Shown piece by piece: positions 41,201-53,795 of a stretch of DNA of 64,000 bases. Below the pieces are notes generated by a model, which did not search any database, was not told the origin of the DNA, and worked only from the letters and a program-made list of their open reading frames with translations. Each line of letters opens with the position of its first letter. The stretch's first letter is position 1. Made by a program: the position numbers and the translations under genes. This DNA is from Macrostomum hystrix (lineage: Eukaryota; Animalia; Platyhelminthes): the NCBI GenBank assembly GCA_950097015.1, contig CATNEN010000029.1:3410001-3474000 (forward strand), written 5' to 3'.

Positions 41201-42374
41201 GCTGAAGGAGGAAGCTCAGGCTCACAAAGCCGAGATGGAGCGAGTGCTGGCTGAGGTAGAGGAGCTGGAGCGGCGAAACCTGCGCATCATGGCCGACCTG
41301 TTCGAGTGCCGGGTGCAAGACCTGCGCTTCTCTCGCGACTTCTTCCTGACTCAGTTCCGCGACGGTGACAATCTGGCAGAGCCGGGCCTGCTGGAGCTGG
41401 ATCTGGACGAGGTGAGTCATGGATCCTGATGGGATCTGTGCTGTTATCCTGATGGGATCTGTGCTGTTATCCTGATGGGATCTGTGCTGTTATCCTGATG
41501 GGATCTGTGCTGTTATCCTGATGGGATCTGTGCCGTTATCCTGATGGGATCTGTGCCGTTATCCTGATGGGATCTGTGCCGTTATCCTGATGGGATCTGT
41601 GCCGTTATCATGATGGGATCTGTGCCGTTATCCCGATGGGATTTGTGCCGTTATCCTGATGGGATCTGTGCCGTTATCCCGATGGGATTTGTGCCGTTAT
41701 CCTGATGGGATTTGTGCCGTTATCCTGATGGGATCTGTGCTGTTATCCTGATGGGATCTGTGCTGTTATCCTGATGGGATCTGTGCCGTTATCCCGATAG
41801 GATTTGTGCTGTTATCCTGATGGGATCTGTGCTACTGTCCTGATGGGATCTGTGCTACTGTCCTGATGGGATCTGTGCTGCTATCCTGTTTGTCCCAATC
41901 CGCACTCAGGTTTTGGCGTCCCGAGGCGCAGCCACTGGCGGTGGCGACGTCGGAGCTGCCGAGGCCCGCGGAATTGCCGATTTGCGTCCCCGCAGCGCGA
42001 CGGAGAAGGCACTCGAAGATCGCTTCCTAGCGCTGACCACCCGGCTGCAGTCGGCATCGGACCGCTTGGCCAAGGGAGGCCGCGGCGACACGGGCAGCAA
42101 CGATGAGGCAGACGACAATGAAGAGGAGGCAGGCGACCAGGAGCTCCGCCAGCTGCTGCGCGAGCTGGGCGAGGACGGCCGCTCTCTGGACGAGTTGATG
42201 AACATCGGGCCGCTGGAGGTGAAGCTGCTGAGCGTCACTGGCAATGCGGCGCGGCTGCACACGCCCTACAGGCCCACAGCCGAGGAGCTGGAGGCCAAGC
42301 AGTGGAATCCGGACATCTGGCCAGTCAGCCGGCGAATGTTAAACAGCTACCGGCCTTCGCAAACGGATGGCTGA
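38257..42374 (+). CDS. CCDC83: CCDC83-like coiled-coil protein
   Basis: Exons 38257-38412, 38660-38848, 39599-39913, 41181-41411, 41910-42374, all phase 0. Segments EAIWDYKIK, ERNKRLAEE, AMQENWRLE, ATDTAVQQLDK and NSWLKEE.....ELERRNL...LFECRVQDL...FLTQ line up with my recollection of vertebrate CCDC83; not confirmed by search. Confidence 0.8.
38885..39530. repeat. 30-bp minisatellite (TGGTCCTTCGGTAGCTTGACTAATCTCTGT)n
   Basis: CCDC83 intron 2. Confidence 0.95.
39950..40930. repeat. 16-bp purine-rich minisatellite (GTGAGGAAGGGAGAGG)n
   Basis: CCDC83 intron 3; source of the 447-aa pseudo-ORF. Confidence 0.96.
41423..41885. repeat. 23-bp minisatellite (CTGATGGGATCTGTGCTGTTATC)n
   Basis: Fills CCDC83 intron 4 almost end to end. 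Confidence 0.95.
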
Positions 42375-42922
42375 GGCCCATTTACAGCGGCGAAGCTCGC
42401 GCTACTACTAGTAGTAGGGTAATTAGCCTGGCAACTGTAGCCTAATGGCAGATCATTGTACTGTCACCGTCGACTCCACGTACTGAAATGCTTTAATTAG
42501 ATAGCACTTAATATAGCCTCCTAATAATTCTGCCTTTCACCTGACATGCTAATTGTTTCGTTTCATTAATGCGCAACTGCTTCTCGTATTGCAAAATGTG
42601 TGCGAAGATTTTCACTTACATCTAATTTCATGTAAATATTTGACTCTTATGTTTGAGCCAGTGTTCACAATGGCACGCTTGTTTTGAATATACGTTTGAG
42701 TTTCTTTAAAAACATATTTGTTTGGATTGCTAACCTGACAAAGTAGTTTTCATCAAACCGAGAAATTCGCGAGTATAATAGAAACGGCACCTTAGCCCAG
42801 TTGGGCCTGATGTGCAGTCCCGCAGCTATCGCGCCTCATCTAAAGGCTCCGTACTGCCGTTCAGTCCATGGACTGAAGGGACTTCCGCACCCTTCGGAAT
42901 TTTTACCCAAGTCTAAAGGCTA

Positions 42923-45312
42923 GCTGTCCCATCCAGCATGCTGTCCTATCTGTCTAACAGGCTGCTGTCCCATCCAGCATGCTGTCCTATCTGTCTAACA
43001 GACTGCTGTCCCATCCAGCATGCTGTCCTATCTGTCTAACAGACTGCTGTCCCATCCAGCATGCTGTCCTATCTGTCTAACAGACTGCTGTCCCATCCAG
43101 CATGCTGTCCTATCTGTCTAACAGACTGCTGTCCCATCCAGCATGTTGTCCTATCTGTCTAACAGACTGCTGTCCCATCCAGCATGTTGTCCTATCTGTC
43201 TAACAGACTGCTGTCCCATCCAGCATGCTGTCCTATCTGTCTAACAGACTGCTGTCCCATCCAGCATGTTGTCCTATCTGTCTAACAGACTGCTGTCCCA
43301 TCCAGCATGTTGTCCTATCTGTCTAACAGACTGCTGTCCCATCCAGCATGCTGTCCTATCTGTCTAACAGACTGCTGTCCCATCCAGCATGCTGTCCTAT
43401 CTGTCTAACAGACTGCTGTCCCATCCAGCATGCTGTCCTATCTGTCTAACAGACTGCTGTCCCATCCAGCATGCTGTCCTATCTGTCTAACAGACTGCTG
43501 TCTCATCCAGCATGTTGTCCTATCTGTCTAACAGGCTGCTGTCCCATCCAGCATGCTGTCCTATCTGTCTAACAGACTGCTGTCCCATCCAGCATGTTGT
43601 CCTATCTGTCTAACAGACTGCTGTCCCATCCAGCATGCTGTCCTATCTGTCTAACAGACTGCTGTCCCATCCAGCATGTTGTCCTATCTGTCTAACAGGC
43701 TGCTGTCCCATCCAGCATGTTGTCCTATCTGTCTAACAGACTGCTGTCCCATCCAGCATGCTGTCCTATCTGTCTAACAGACTGCTGTCCCATCCAGCAT
43801 GTTGTCCTATCTGTCTAACAGACTGCTGTCCCATCCAGCATGTTGTCCTATCTGTCTAACAGACTGCTGTCCCATCCAGCATGTTGTCCTATCTGTCTAA
43901 CAGACTGCTGTCCCATCCAGCATGCTGTCCTATCTGTCTAACAGACTGCTGTCCCATCCAGCATGCTGTCCTATCTGTCTAACAGACTGCTGTCCCATCC
44001 AGCATGCTGTCCTATCTGTCTAACAGACTGCTGTCCCATCCAGCATGCTGTCCTATCTGTCTAACAGACTGCTGTCCCATCCAGCATGTTGTCCTATCTG
44101 TCTAACAGGCTGCTGTCCCATCCAGCATGCTGTCCTATCTGTCTAACAGACTGCTGTCCCATCCAGCATGTTGTCCTATCTGTCTAACAGACTGCTGTCC
44201 CATCCAGCATGCTGTCCTATCTGTCTAACAGACTGCTGTCCCATCCAGCATGTTGTCCTATCTGTCTAACAGGCTGCTGTCCCATCCAGCATGCTGTCCT
44301 ATCTGTCTAACAGACTGCTGTCCCATCCAGCATGCTGTCCTATCTGTCTAACAGACTGCTGTCCCATCCAGCATGTTGTCCTATCTGTCTAACAGGCTGC
44401 TGTCCCATCCAGCATGCTGTCCTATCTGTCTAACAGACTGCTGTCCCATCCAGCATGTTGTCCTATCTGTCTAACAGACTGCTGTCCCATCCAGCATGCT
44501 GTCCTATCTGTCTAACAGACTGCTGTCCCATCCAGCATGCTGTCCTATCTGTCTAACAGACTGCTGTCCCATCCAGCATGTTGTCCTATCTGTCTAACAG
44601 ACTGCTGTCCCATCCAGCATGCTGTCCTATCTGTCTAACAGACTGCTGTCCCATCCAGCATGCTGTCCTATCTGTCTAACAGACTGCTGTCCCATCCAGC
44701 ATGTTGTCCTATCTGTCTAACAGACTGCTGTCCCATCCAGCATGTTGTCCTATCTGTCTAACAGGCTGCTGTCCCATCCAGCATGCTGTCCTATCTGTCT
44801 AACAGACTGCTGTCCCATCCAGCATGCTGTCCTATCTGTCTAACAGACTGCTGTCCCATCCAGCATGTTGTCCTATCTGTCTAACAGGCTGCTGTCCCAT
44901 CCAGCATGCTGTCCTATCTGTCTAACAGACTGCTGTCCCATCCAGCATGTTGTCCTATCTGTCTAACAGACTGCTGTCCCATCCAGCATGCTGTCCTATC
45001 TGTCTAACAGACAGCTGTCCCATCTAGCATGTTGTCCTATCTGTCTAACAGGCTGCTGTCCCATCCAGCATGCTGTCCTATCTGTCTAACAGACTGCTGT
45101 CCCATCCAGCATGCTGTCCTATCTGTCTAACAGACTGCTGTCCCATCCAGCATGTTGTCCTATCTGTCTAACAGACTGCTGTCCCATCCAGCATGCTGTC
45201 CTATCTGTCTAACAGACTGCTGTCCCATCCAGCATGCTGTCCTATCTGTCTAACAGACTGCTGTCCCATCCAGCATGCTGTCCTATCTGTCTAACAGGCT
45301 GCTGTCCCATCC
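42923..45312. repeat. 41-bp satellite (GCTGTCCCATCCAGCATGCTGTCCTATCTGTCTAACAGACT)n
   Basis: About 58 highly homogeneous copies; the unit has an internal GCTGTCC duplication. Confidence 0.97.
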
Positions 45313-47035
45313 AGGATGCTGGGCTGTCCTAATTGCTACTGGCTATACAAGGTCTTGCCGTGCAAGCGAACTGTAAAAGTGCAGCTTAGGCAAATCCCGT
45401 GACTTCTGTATTCACGGGGGGAACCGAGTCACTGCAATCCGGATCGGACCGGATTCGCGATTTGGGTTGTGTCCCAGTTCGAAATTCCCGTCTATAGTTT
45501 ATCGGGCTATTTCTTCCCCATATTTTATAAGCATCGTTGCATCCTACTTGCCGCCTTATCTTCATGGCAATGCTACAAACGCTGGACAAAAAATAATTTG
45601 TTAAATGTACTATTACGCGCTCGTAGTTTGTCGACGCACTTTCATCCTCATTAAAGATGTGCTTCGTATAGCTTCATAGCAAAAAATGAAGATACATTTT
45701 GAGTCCAAGCGAAAGCCTTTTAAGATGACAATGAAAGGTGGTAGTATTGCAGGCCCTCAGGTGTTAGTAATCAACGGTGCCTGGTTTTAAAGTGTATTTT
45801 TCGGTGAGATGTTTGCAGTTTGATAAAACAATCCATATCTAAGCTATATTGCAGCGCTGGTAAATTAAAACAAAAATAATATAAACTAAACTAGTTTTTT
45901 TAACAAAGCAGTTTATCGGCGTTAACTAGACTAACTCGATGGGGCTGCTTGACGCGATCAGTTTCGAGGAAATACCACTTGAAGATCCCAATAAACCCAA
46001 TTTATGAATTCTTAGAAACTAGACAGATAGACAGAGAGAAGAGTTGAGTCAAAGCCACAAGTGAACAACAATTACTCTGGACCCATATCTATCAGCATTC
46101 TCTATTAGGCCGATAATTAAAATTCTGCTTGGTCACGTGGGCCTCTCTACCGCGCTGCACTTTGCCCCTTCAAGCATTTATGCACACCAGAATATGGTGG
46201 GGCGGCTGGCGCACAAAAATTAGCTTGCAATGGAATTTTTCGGTACTTTTCCATGAAACACTCTGGCTAAGCTAGCTCTGGTCTTTATCTCTAGTCTAGC
46301 ATTCTTCGCTGTTCCACTAGTGATTCAGCTAACTGAAAAATTATTATTTTATCGCTTGAACTCATTGACGCTAGCGATGTAGACAAAAATATAGAATTAT
46401 ATATATTGTAAATAGAAGGGTGATAATGTATTAGACATTGGGAATGGGAGACAGTGCAAGCTTACACGTACAGGCAGGCCAATAAACTGGGATGTTTTAA
46501 CTTTGTTCGTCTTCTAAATCATAAAAAGATGCTGGCGGGCACTACAGAATTAAAACCAAGAAAGCAGATGAGTTTTTTTGTTAAAACAGAGGAAGAAACT
46601 ACGCGTTTTCTTTTGATCGTAGATAGGCTGAAAAAACTGACAACAATTTGTGAAGAAAAATTATTTTGTCCTTTTTAAAACATTTTACGTAGCGAAGTAT
46701 GAGTTTGTAGGGGGGAGACAAACACCTGGATCGATGCTGCGAGCTGATCACTTCCAACTCAAACCTGACGCTCCTGCTCAACGGTTAGCTCCTTTCTCAG
46801 TCTGCCAATTATGTTTCCTTCCTAACTGTATTTGATTTTTAGAGCAAAAGTCTATAAAGAACTGTAGGTAATGGCTTTGAGATTTAGGGCCTAATTTCCG
46901 GTAAATCTAGTGTTAAGATCTCAGTTTTTAGAGAAGAGTGGCAACCGACGATTCTCAAAAAAGGGCGCAAACAAAGCGTAGAGCGAGAACGGGCGAGAAT
47001 GAGAAGAAAGTGACAAACAGGCTGGGCCACCGAAA

Positions 47036-49240
47036 TCAGTCGGCAATCTGGTAAACCATGTAAGCGAAGTCGCCTGCGTCAGTGCCCAGCCGCTCCTCCG
47101 GCCTCGGGTTGTAGAGGGCGAAGCCCAGGAAAAGCAGCGTTTTAAGAAGCGCGTCTGAAATACAAACCATGGGAAGTGCGGACAGTCTGGTAAAATGCAA
47201 CTGCCCTGCGCCAGGTCGGTCCTAGTTTCAATTGCATTGTCTATGGGCTGTCCCTAACCATCAATCTGTGGACAGTCCCTAACCCCCAGTTTGTGGACTG
47301 TCCCTAACCCTTAGTCTGAGGACTGTACCCTAAAACCTAGTCTGTGGACTGTCCCTAACCCCCAGTCTGTGGACTGTCCTTGAATTACCCCCTGTCTCTA
47401 AACTGTACCTAATTTTAAGTCTGTGGACCCGCGGACCGTCCCTAAACCCAGTCTATGGACTGTCCAGTCTTTAGGCTGTTCCTTTCTCCGCAGCCAGTCA
47501 GTTGCAAGCCAACGAACCTTTGTCCTGCCTGCGCCGACTAACGCCCAGCAGCACACGGTCACACTGGAGCTCCTCCTCTGCGAACTCCAGCATGTCCGTC
47601 AGCTGCTGCTTCAGCCGCTCGCCCAACTGGTCGCACTCGGTTAAGCGCAGCGACATTGTCTGCCGCTGACCAGAACCGGGTAGAAGAGTGTAAGCTAGCT
47701 GCTGCTGCTGCTGACCGCCGAACCCAAAACCGACCATAGACCCATACTGACGGCCGGCACTCGTAGACGACTCATTGCTAACATGGGTGACAGGGGGCTT
47801 GTTTAGTGCCCCCAGGCCGCTGCCCTCTGTCAACTGTGCGCTGACTGTGGCGGCCCGGGGAGCATCAAAAACCCTGTCCAGGCCCAGCAGTGGGACGGGA
47901 GCAATAATCACTCAGCTCCTTACTCCTGTGGAAATAAGAAAATGGAAATAGAAAGTTGATTCTATTAAAAAATTCTAATAAGTTGTAAGTTCCTTCTATC
48001 TAAGAGCTATCTAATATTGTGATTGTGAATTGCAGTTTGATAGAAAGCAAAGAAATTTGTATATAAAATCAAAATGACACTTCCTTGGTGATTTTTATAG
48101 TCTATAGAATATATAGTAATGGCTATATAAAAAGGACTCAGAGACCTTCACTGAAAATAAGAAATCCTAACAAAAATGTGCAAAAGCATATTTAACAACC
48201 TGTACATAGGCTATAAACCTGGGGATGATTAAAGAGCTAGTATAATTTTATATTTTATTATAGCCATTTTTTGAGAAAAAATCAATGACAATACCTCTTT
48301 AAACACTTAAGTCAAGATTGAAAGTGGTGGATTTAGGAGGAGGTGGGTGAATGCCTCTAATGGGGTGGTTGGCAACCCCCTAACAGTCCACCCCCAAAAA
48401 ACTGCATTCCAGTATCTGCTACTAAATTATTATTGAGACTATAATAGGCTACTTAGGAAATAAGTGGCTTGAACTGATTGCAAAACATGACCTAATGCTA
48501 ATGCTAAGAATGATAACATCTGAAAACCTTATGTCATAACATAAGTTCTGATAACCTAGATTATTTTAATTTGTAAACCACTCAATTTCATACAAAACCA
48601 TACCAAAACAGAATTGCTACCAATACAAATCTTCATTATCCTGTTTCAAACCATAAAAGTGCTATTGTTTCGACTTTTGCTTTAGCTTTCTAACTAAGAT
48701 TTATTTTTTTGACAAGTTAATAAATTTACAAAATAACAACACAAAAAACAGAACTTTTTAAGGAAACATGTCCAGAGGATTTTTTTAATTTTGGTCGGTG
48801 TGGCAGGCAATTAGGTGGGATGGCCTGGTGTTGTGTGGTGCAGCACTGCAATTTAGTTTTTTACTATAGGGTTGCACAGGCCAAAGCTGTTGTTAGCTTG
48901 TCGCGGTGATCTATTCAGACAAAATTTTAGAGTTCCCAGGCACATGTCTAGGAATTTTGTGCAACAATTCCAATAGGGCAAAATACTAAAAATTATACTA
49001 GAAAAACTACTAGAAAATTCATAGCCTGCCTAATTGCAAAAAACACTTACATTACTATTCTAAGCGTTAAGGGCATCCATAATTTCATACAATTATATTT
49101 AAGCTCTTGAGTATTGTATACAAAACTTTCTTTACAGCTCTCCATTTTGTCATCATAGAGACTACAGATATTGAGACTTACACAAAAAAAATTACTGAAG
49201 CAGAAAAATCGAACTATTACCGTATGGATAATTTAGCCAT
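47036..49240 (-). CDS. OAZ: Ornithine decarboxylase antizyme, expressed via a +1 programmed frameshift
   Basis: Exons 49240-49221 (gaccATGG...CG|gtaata; best candidate first exon), 47925-47518, 47154-47036. ORF1 MAKLSIRSKELSDYCSRPTAGPGQGF* ends in TTT-TGA (47870-47865). ORF2 in the +1 frame carries antizyme motifs LTDMLEFAEEELQCDRV...RRRQDKDALLKTLLFLGF...AYMVYQI. Confidence 0.92.
47268..47465. repeat. Degenerate minisatellite (TGTGGACTGTCCCTAACCC) in the OAZ last intron
   Basis: Several diverged copies. Confidence 0.75.
47788..47870 (-). promoter_or_regulatory. Antizyme frameshift site UUU-UGA plus 3' stimulatory pseudoknot
   Basis: Stem 1: 47864-47850 with 47820-47807 (14 bp, one bulge). 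Stem 2: 47832-47822 (UGACAGAGGGC) with 47798-47788 (GCCCCCUGUCA), 10 of 11 pairs. Confidence 0.85.
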
Positions 49241-49747
49241 GGTCGATTCCTTGAAACGCAACAACGTGTAGCTTAGAGAGAAATTCTATGAGCAAAACTG
49301 CCGCAAAGAGCAATGTTGTATTCGCGCTGTGAATGTTTTGTTGACTATATTTACGAAACTCGTATTCGCGCATTAAATATCACTAATCCGCTTATATGCA
49401 AAGTATAACAAAATACTGTGCTATTGATAAAAAATTGTTGAATGCTATTTTATAGTAAAAAACGTTATCTTGTTTTATATGGCTTTTTGCGCTTTTAACT
49501 TGCAGTTTCCAGCACAGAATTTTAGTACGGACAAAACCCTCATTTGTTTCGTTAACTCCTTTGGCTGATTCAGATGCAAAATATACTTACACCGTATGTG
49601 CATTTCATTTGCGGATTAAGTGGTATATGCTGTTCACAACTTTACAATTCAAAAAGATGTGATACATATAATCTAAATCATCTGGAATCATCGCCATGCA
49701 CGGCTTTCGCATGTACCTCTTACCAGGTAACCTTCATTTTGTGATTG

Positions 49748-49904
49748 CCAGTGGCATAGCTAGGATTTTTTTAGGGGGGGTCGCGCCTTTCGGGGGCGCA
49801 ACTACCCGGCCCGGGCGCCACTACCATGGGTCGCCACATGGATTTGTCAGCCGATTGGGGGGGGGCGCGGCCCCCCTTGCCCCCACAACTGGCTTCGCCC
49901 CTGG
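49748..49904. mobile_element. MITE-like element with imperfect 16-bp terminal inverted repeats
   Basis: 5' CCAGTGGCATAGCTAG versus reverse complement of the 3' end CCAGGGGCGAAGCCAG (12/16). GC-rich interior in AT-rich DNA; no clear TSD. Confidence 0.5.
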
Positions 49905-52149
49905 TCGAAATTGCGCTGCTCATGGCTTGGAAAACGCATTTATTTTTCACATCAAAATCAACTGAAAAATAGCAAGTATTTAACTAATTAGTGGACTGAA
50001 AGATTAGGACAACAGGCCCTTTAATATATCAGTGGTTGCTCTTTGGCTTTGATGTTTTTACTTATTTTCATTTATGATTATATCCGCTTGAATTACAGCG
50101 CACAGCGCTCCAGCCCTCTTAATTTACCTTAATATTCTATAGAAGTTGGGTATAAGCAGAATCGATTTAATGAGCCAAAGTTCAATTAAAGGATGAAAAG
50201 GTTTTTTGAGAGTTTTTTTCGAATAATGATAAAACATAAAACAATCGCTTTATAATTCGTCGCCCAATGGCTTATTTGAATGATAGCTCGTATATGTACT
50301 TCACTCGCTTTAGCGTACTTTATAATGTTTCATTTATGATGTTTTCATTTTCATTTATTTAATGTTTCAACGTGTTGGTACGCACATGTGCAATTAAAAC
50401 TTCTAATATACTGAATTTCAAATATTCAAGACTAATACATTGTGTCATTAAATGACAATCAAGTTTAAAATATTTAACTTATAGATAGTGAGTGAGAGCA
50501 TGATAAAGTTCCAGATAAGCTTTGATGTACGTCGTAAATGGGGATAGTCTTGGACTCACTATCTAACTGCAATATTAGATGTCTGAACATTAGAATGGAA
50601 CATAAATTACATATTGATCGAACAGCTACAGTTCAACGGATGTAATTAACAAAAGGACATTAATAGCTACTACATATTTGCTAGAATTAGAAATGGCTGT
50701 ACAAAAAAGAATAAGAGCTACATATAGTTATGACGCTTTCTTCTGAACACCCAAAATATATCCCTTCGATCAATAGACCCATAAGTAAGAAACATGTAGT
50801 ACAATACATCCGGCTTCATACATTGGTATTATGTGAAAAACTGTCTGACGAACAGCGAAAAACCATGCTTAAGAGAGGAAATGAAACTTTGCAGTTAGAG
50901 CTACCATGAAAAGGTGCAGCTCGCAGTCGTGCTTCTATGAGTTGGATTGTACGTTATACCAAGCTTTATGCTTCAGAGTACAATTAGTATATTCTACGCA
51001 AAGCTTGAGTAGAAATGTTATAAATGAAATGCAATTATGCCTACAACACAAATAGATCAGGGTGGTTGGTCGATAACGAAGTACGGGTTTTCATGTTTTC
51101 ATGTTAATCCTTACAAATAAATGCACTGCAGGGACACAACACTAGTTTACATCACAAATTCATTGACACGAGTTGATTTGCAAATAGGGGTAAAGGAAAA
51201 TCTCAATATGACCAAATGAGCATCCCATTCAAATTATAATCGAGGGAACCATATCTTGTCGATGTAAAAGTGCATTAAAACACAAAAAGTTGATGGAGTG
51301 ACAATGATAAATTTTCACTAGAATTAATTTGACAAGCTACAGTAAAAATTGAAACCATATGCATGCACCCGAGCATTTGATATAATGCCTACAAATTTGA
51401 AATCTCAAACCGGAAGAGAAACACACAACAGTGCTCGGCTTCGCCTCGGTCAATAAACGAGACACCTCTTGCTATGGTTACTTTAGCTAAAAGCCTATTT
51501 TAAACATATTTGTAAGTTCATATCAATAAACTGTACTTTTGAGACGCGCAAAAATCAAAACATGAGTATGGTTGTAAAATTCATCTGATAGTGTATCTGC
51601 AGATACTAAGAAATTAACAATGTCCATCTTAATTAGTACGAATGGTTGAACAATCTATGATGCGCATGATGTACGCCATTGTGAATAATGAATCGAATGA
51701 AGAATTCGGTTTATTGAATAAAAAGCAAGAGAAAGCCAAGTAGTGGAATGAAGGCAAATAAAGAACTTAATCTTAAATAAATAAAAAACTAGACAGTTAA
51801 ATAATCCAATGATTAGGCGACCATATCACACGATCGAAAAATTATTGACGAGATAAAATAATAACTGCGGAAGCACCGCAGAAAAATAAAACCTAGAAAA
51901 GCAACACACTTTAAGATAAAACACTATAGACGGTAAAAATAGCTTTTAGAATATATTAGCTAATAGTTCTCTAGCTAAGACAATGCATTCAATTAGAAAA
52001 TGAACTAATGAGAGCAGCAGGTGGTGCTCGTTAAATATAACAATTGTATTGAATCAACGGAACAACAACATTTTAGTTCATTCAATTTCTTTTACATAAA
52101 TCTTCCGCACTGATATCACAATGAAACAAATGAAAAACAACAGCTTGAC

Positions 52150-52345
52150 TTTTGTGTGATAACAATGTGCCACAGCCCAACAAATGCTGGTACCCAATTG
52201 AACAGTTGGATGAACTGAAGCAATACTATCGAGTTACTTAAGTGCCTTGCTAAAGGACAAAAATATTGTTCCCGTGGAGTCGGTAATCGAACCCCCGACA
52301 ATGAAGTTCGTGAGTCCTGCACTGTAACCACTAGACTCAAACCGC
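52150..52345 (-). mobile_element. tRNA-headed CORE-like SINE (family B)
   Basis: The minus strand has A box TAGTGGTT and B box GGTTCGATT, then TGTCCTTTAGCAAGGCACTTAA...TGCTTCAGTTCATCCAACTGT...TGGGTACC. The acceptor stem does not pair, so it is not a tRNA gene. Confidence 0.65.
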
Positions 52346-53391
52346 TCTAAGCTATAACACCAAGTCTACTTTTGAGATGTCTAAACTGTGTGAAGCAAAA
52401 TTGTTAATAGCTTCAATTCACAACGATGCAAATTTGCATTTCCACATAAAAAATTATTTTCGTCGGTGCGTAAGACTTGTGAAGGAGCTTGGAAACTCGG
52501 ACTTCAGAGTCCGCAATTTCGATGGATTAGTTATAACAGAAAAAATTAAAAGTTACCATTTCGAATCTAATAGAAAAGTACTCACGAAAGTATTTCGCAT
52601 AAGATTGCCGAGTGGTGAAAATACGAGTTTAAATAGCTTAAACAACAAAACTAACTCACATCTGATTAGTAAAACAGAGTAGCGAGAATAGTATGTATGG
52701 GTTGCAATCCTTTTGCTTTTCTTTTTTAGCAATATTTCGGCGTTATATTACGAGTTAAAAAATAGTGCAGACCTCAGTTTTAGTCACAGATGCGCTCATT
52801 TTGATGAAAGACAAAATATGTATAAGAATACTATTTCTACGTAAAAGATGTACACAATGACGCGTGTTCAATAGCATAGCAACCAGCAGAGACGCAGTTT
52901 TACCCTTGAATATTATGAGAAGCTTTCCTATGAATAGGCAGACTTGCACAGTGCCTATATTACAACTCGACCAAATTAAATAACCTTAATGCTATTCAGT
53001 GTCACGTCGAGTTAACAACAATTTAGGTAGAACTATAGGACAGTAAAAGTGCTAGAATATTTATAAGAACTATAAAGTAAAAAACGGAGAGCTATTTTAC
53101 GTATGAAGCAAAACGTAACGACAATTTTAAACACTGCTTCGATACTGAATTATGCATGAGACAAAGAACTGACAAGCTTTCGTAATTTTATAAATAGACA
53201 TCTATCATTTTGCACTCGGTAAAGTACGGAACAGGAGCAAATTTATCGGAAAGCCGGAAACAGGCTTGACTGTTGTAAATTAGCTGCTGTCCGGTTGCTT
53301 TTTGACAACAGCGAGCTTAAATATATAAAACCCGCAAGAATTTCCTTCATGGGAGACTTAGGAACCCTTAGCATTTCCCGCGACTAACACG

Positions 53392-53704
53392 GGGTGAGTG
53401 GCAGAGCGGCTGACGCGTTTGCCTCTCGCAAAAAGGTCCCTGACCACTATACCGTGGCGAGGCCTATCAAAAAATACTCATTTGGGACGCGGAGACGCGA
53501 ATAGAAGGTTTGAGGCATTTTGCGCAATTTACGTGCCCTGGAGGTCCAACCCCCAATATACAGTGAGAGTCTGCACTACCTGACGATTAAAATGTCAGAT
53601 CAGATGTACACACAGCATGCTTCGGTAGAACTGTATTCTCGCAGGCTGCGGGTCTAGTGTCACCACAAGTTGTGCCAGTGCCAACAGCTCTTCTGCAAAA
53701 AAAT
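53392..53704 (+). mobile_element. Diverged second copy of tRNA-derived SINE family A
   Basis: Colinear with the reverse complement of 22018-22401 (GTGGCAGAGCGG, TTTGCCTCTCGCA, GCAATTTACG, CAGATGTACACAC, GGCTGCGGGTCTAGTGTCACCA). B box decayed; short A tail. Confidence 0.8.
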
Positions 53705-53795
53705 AGATCGGCTTAACTAGCATTTTGTATGCATTTTCATAATTAAAAAATCAGACCGGCGAATGACTCCTTACTCAGTCGCCTTTGCGAAGGTC

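Noticed and set aside
42923-45312. Possible CRISPR array (also considered for the 41-, 46- and 53-bp arrays)
   Set aside because: Units are head-to-tail with no unique spacers, there are no cas genes, and the context is eukaryotic.
47865-47870. Antizyme as a frameshifted pseudogene or assembly error
   Set aside because: The discontinuity falls exactly at the family's conserved recoding position, with GGG-CCU 5' context, UGA-U and a 3' pseudoknot.
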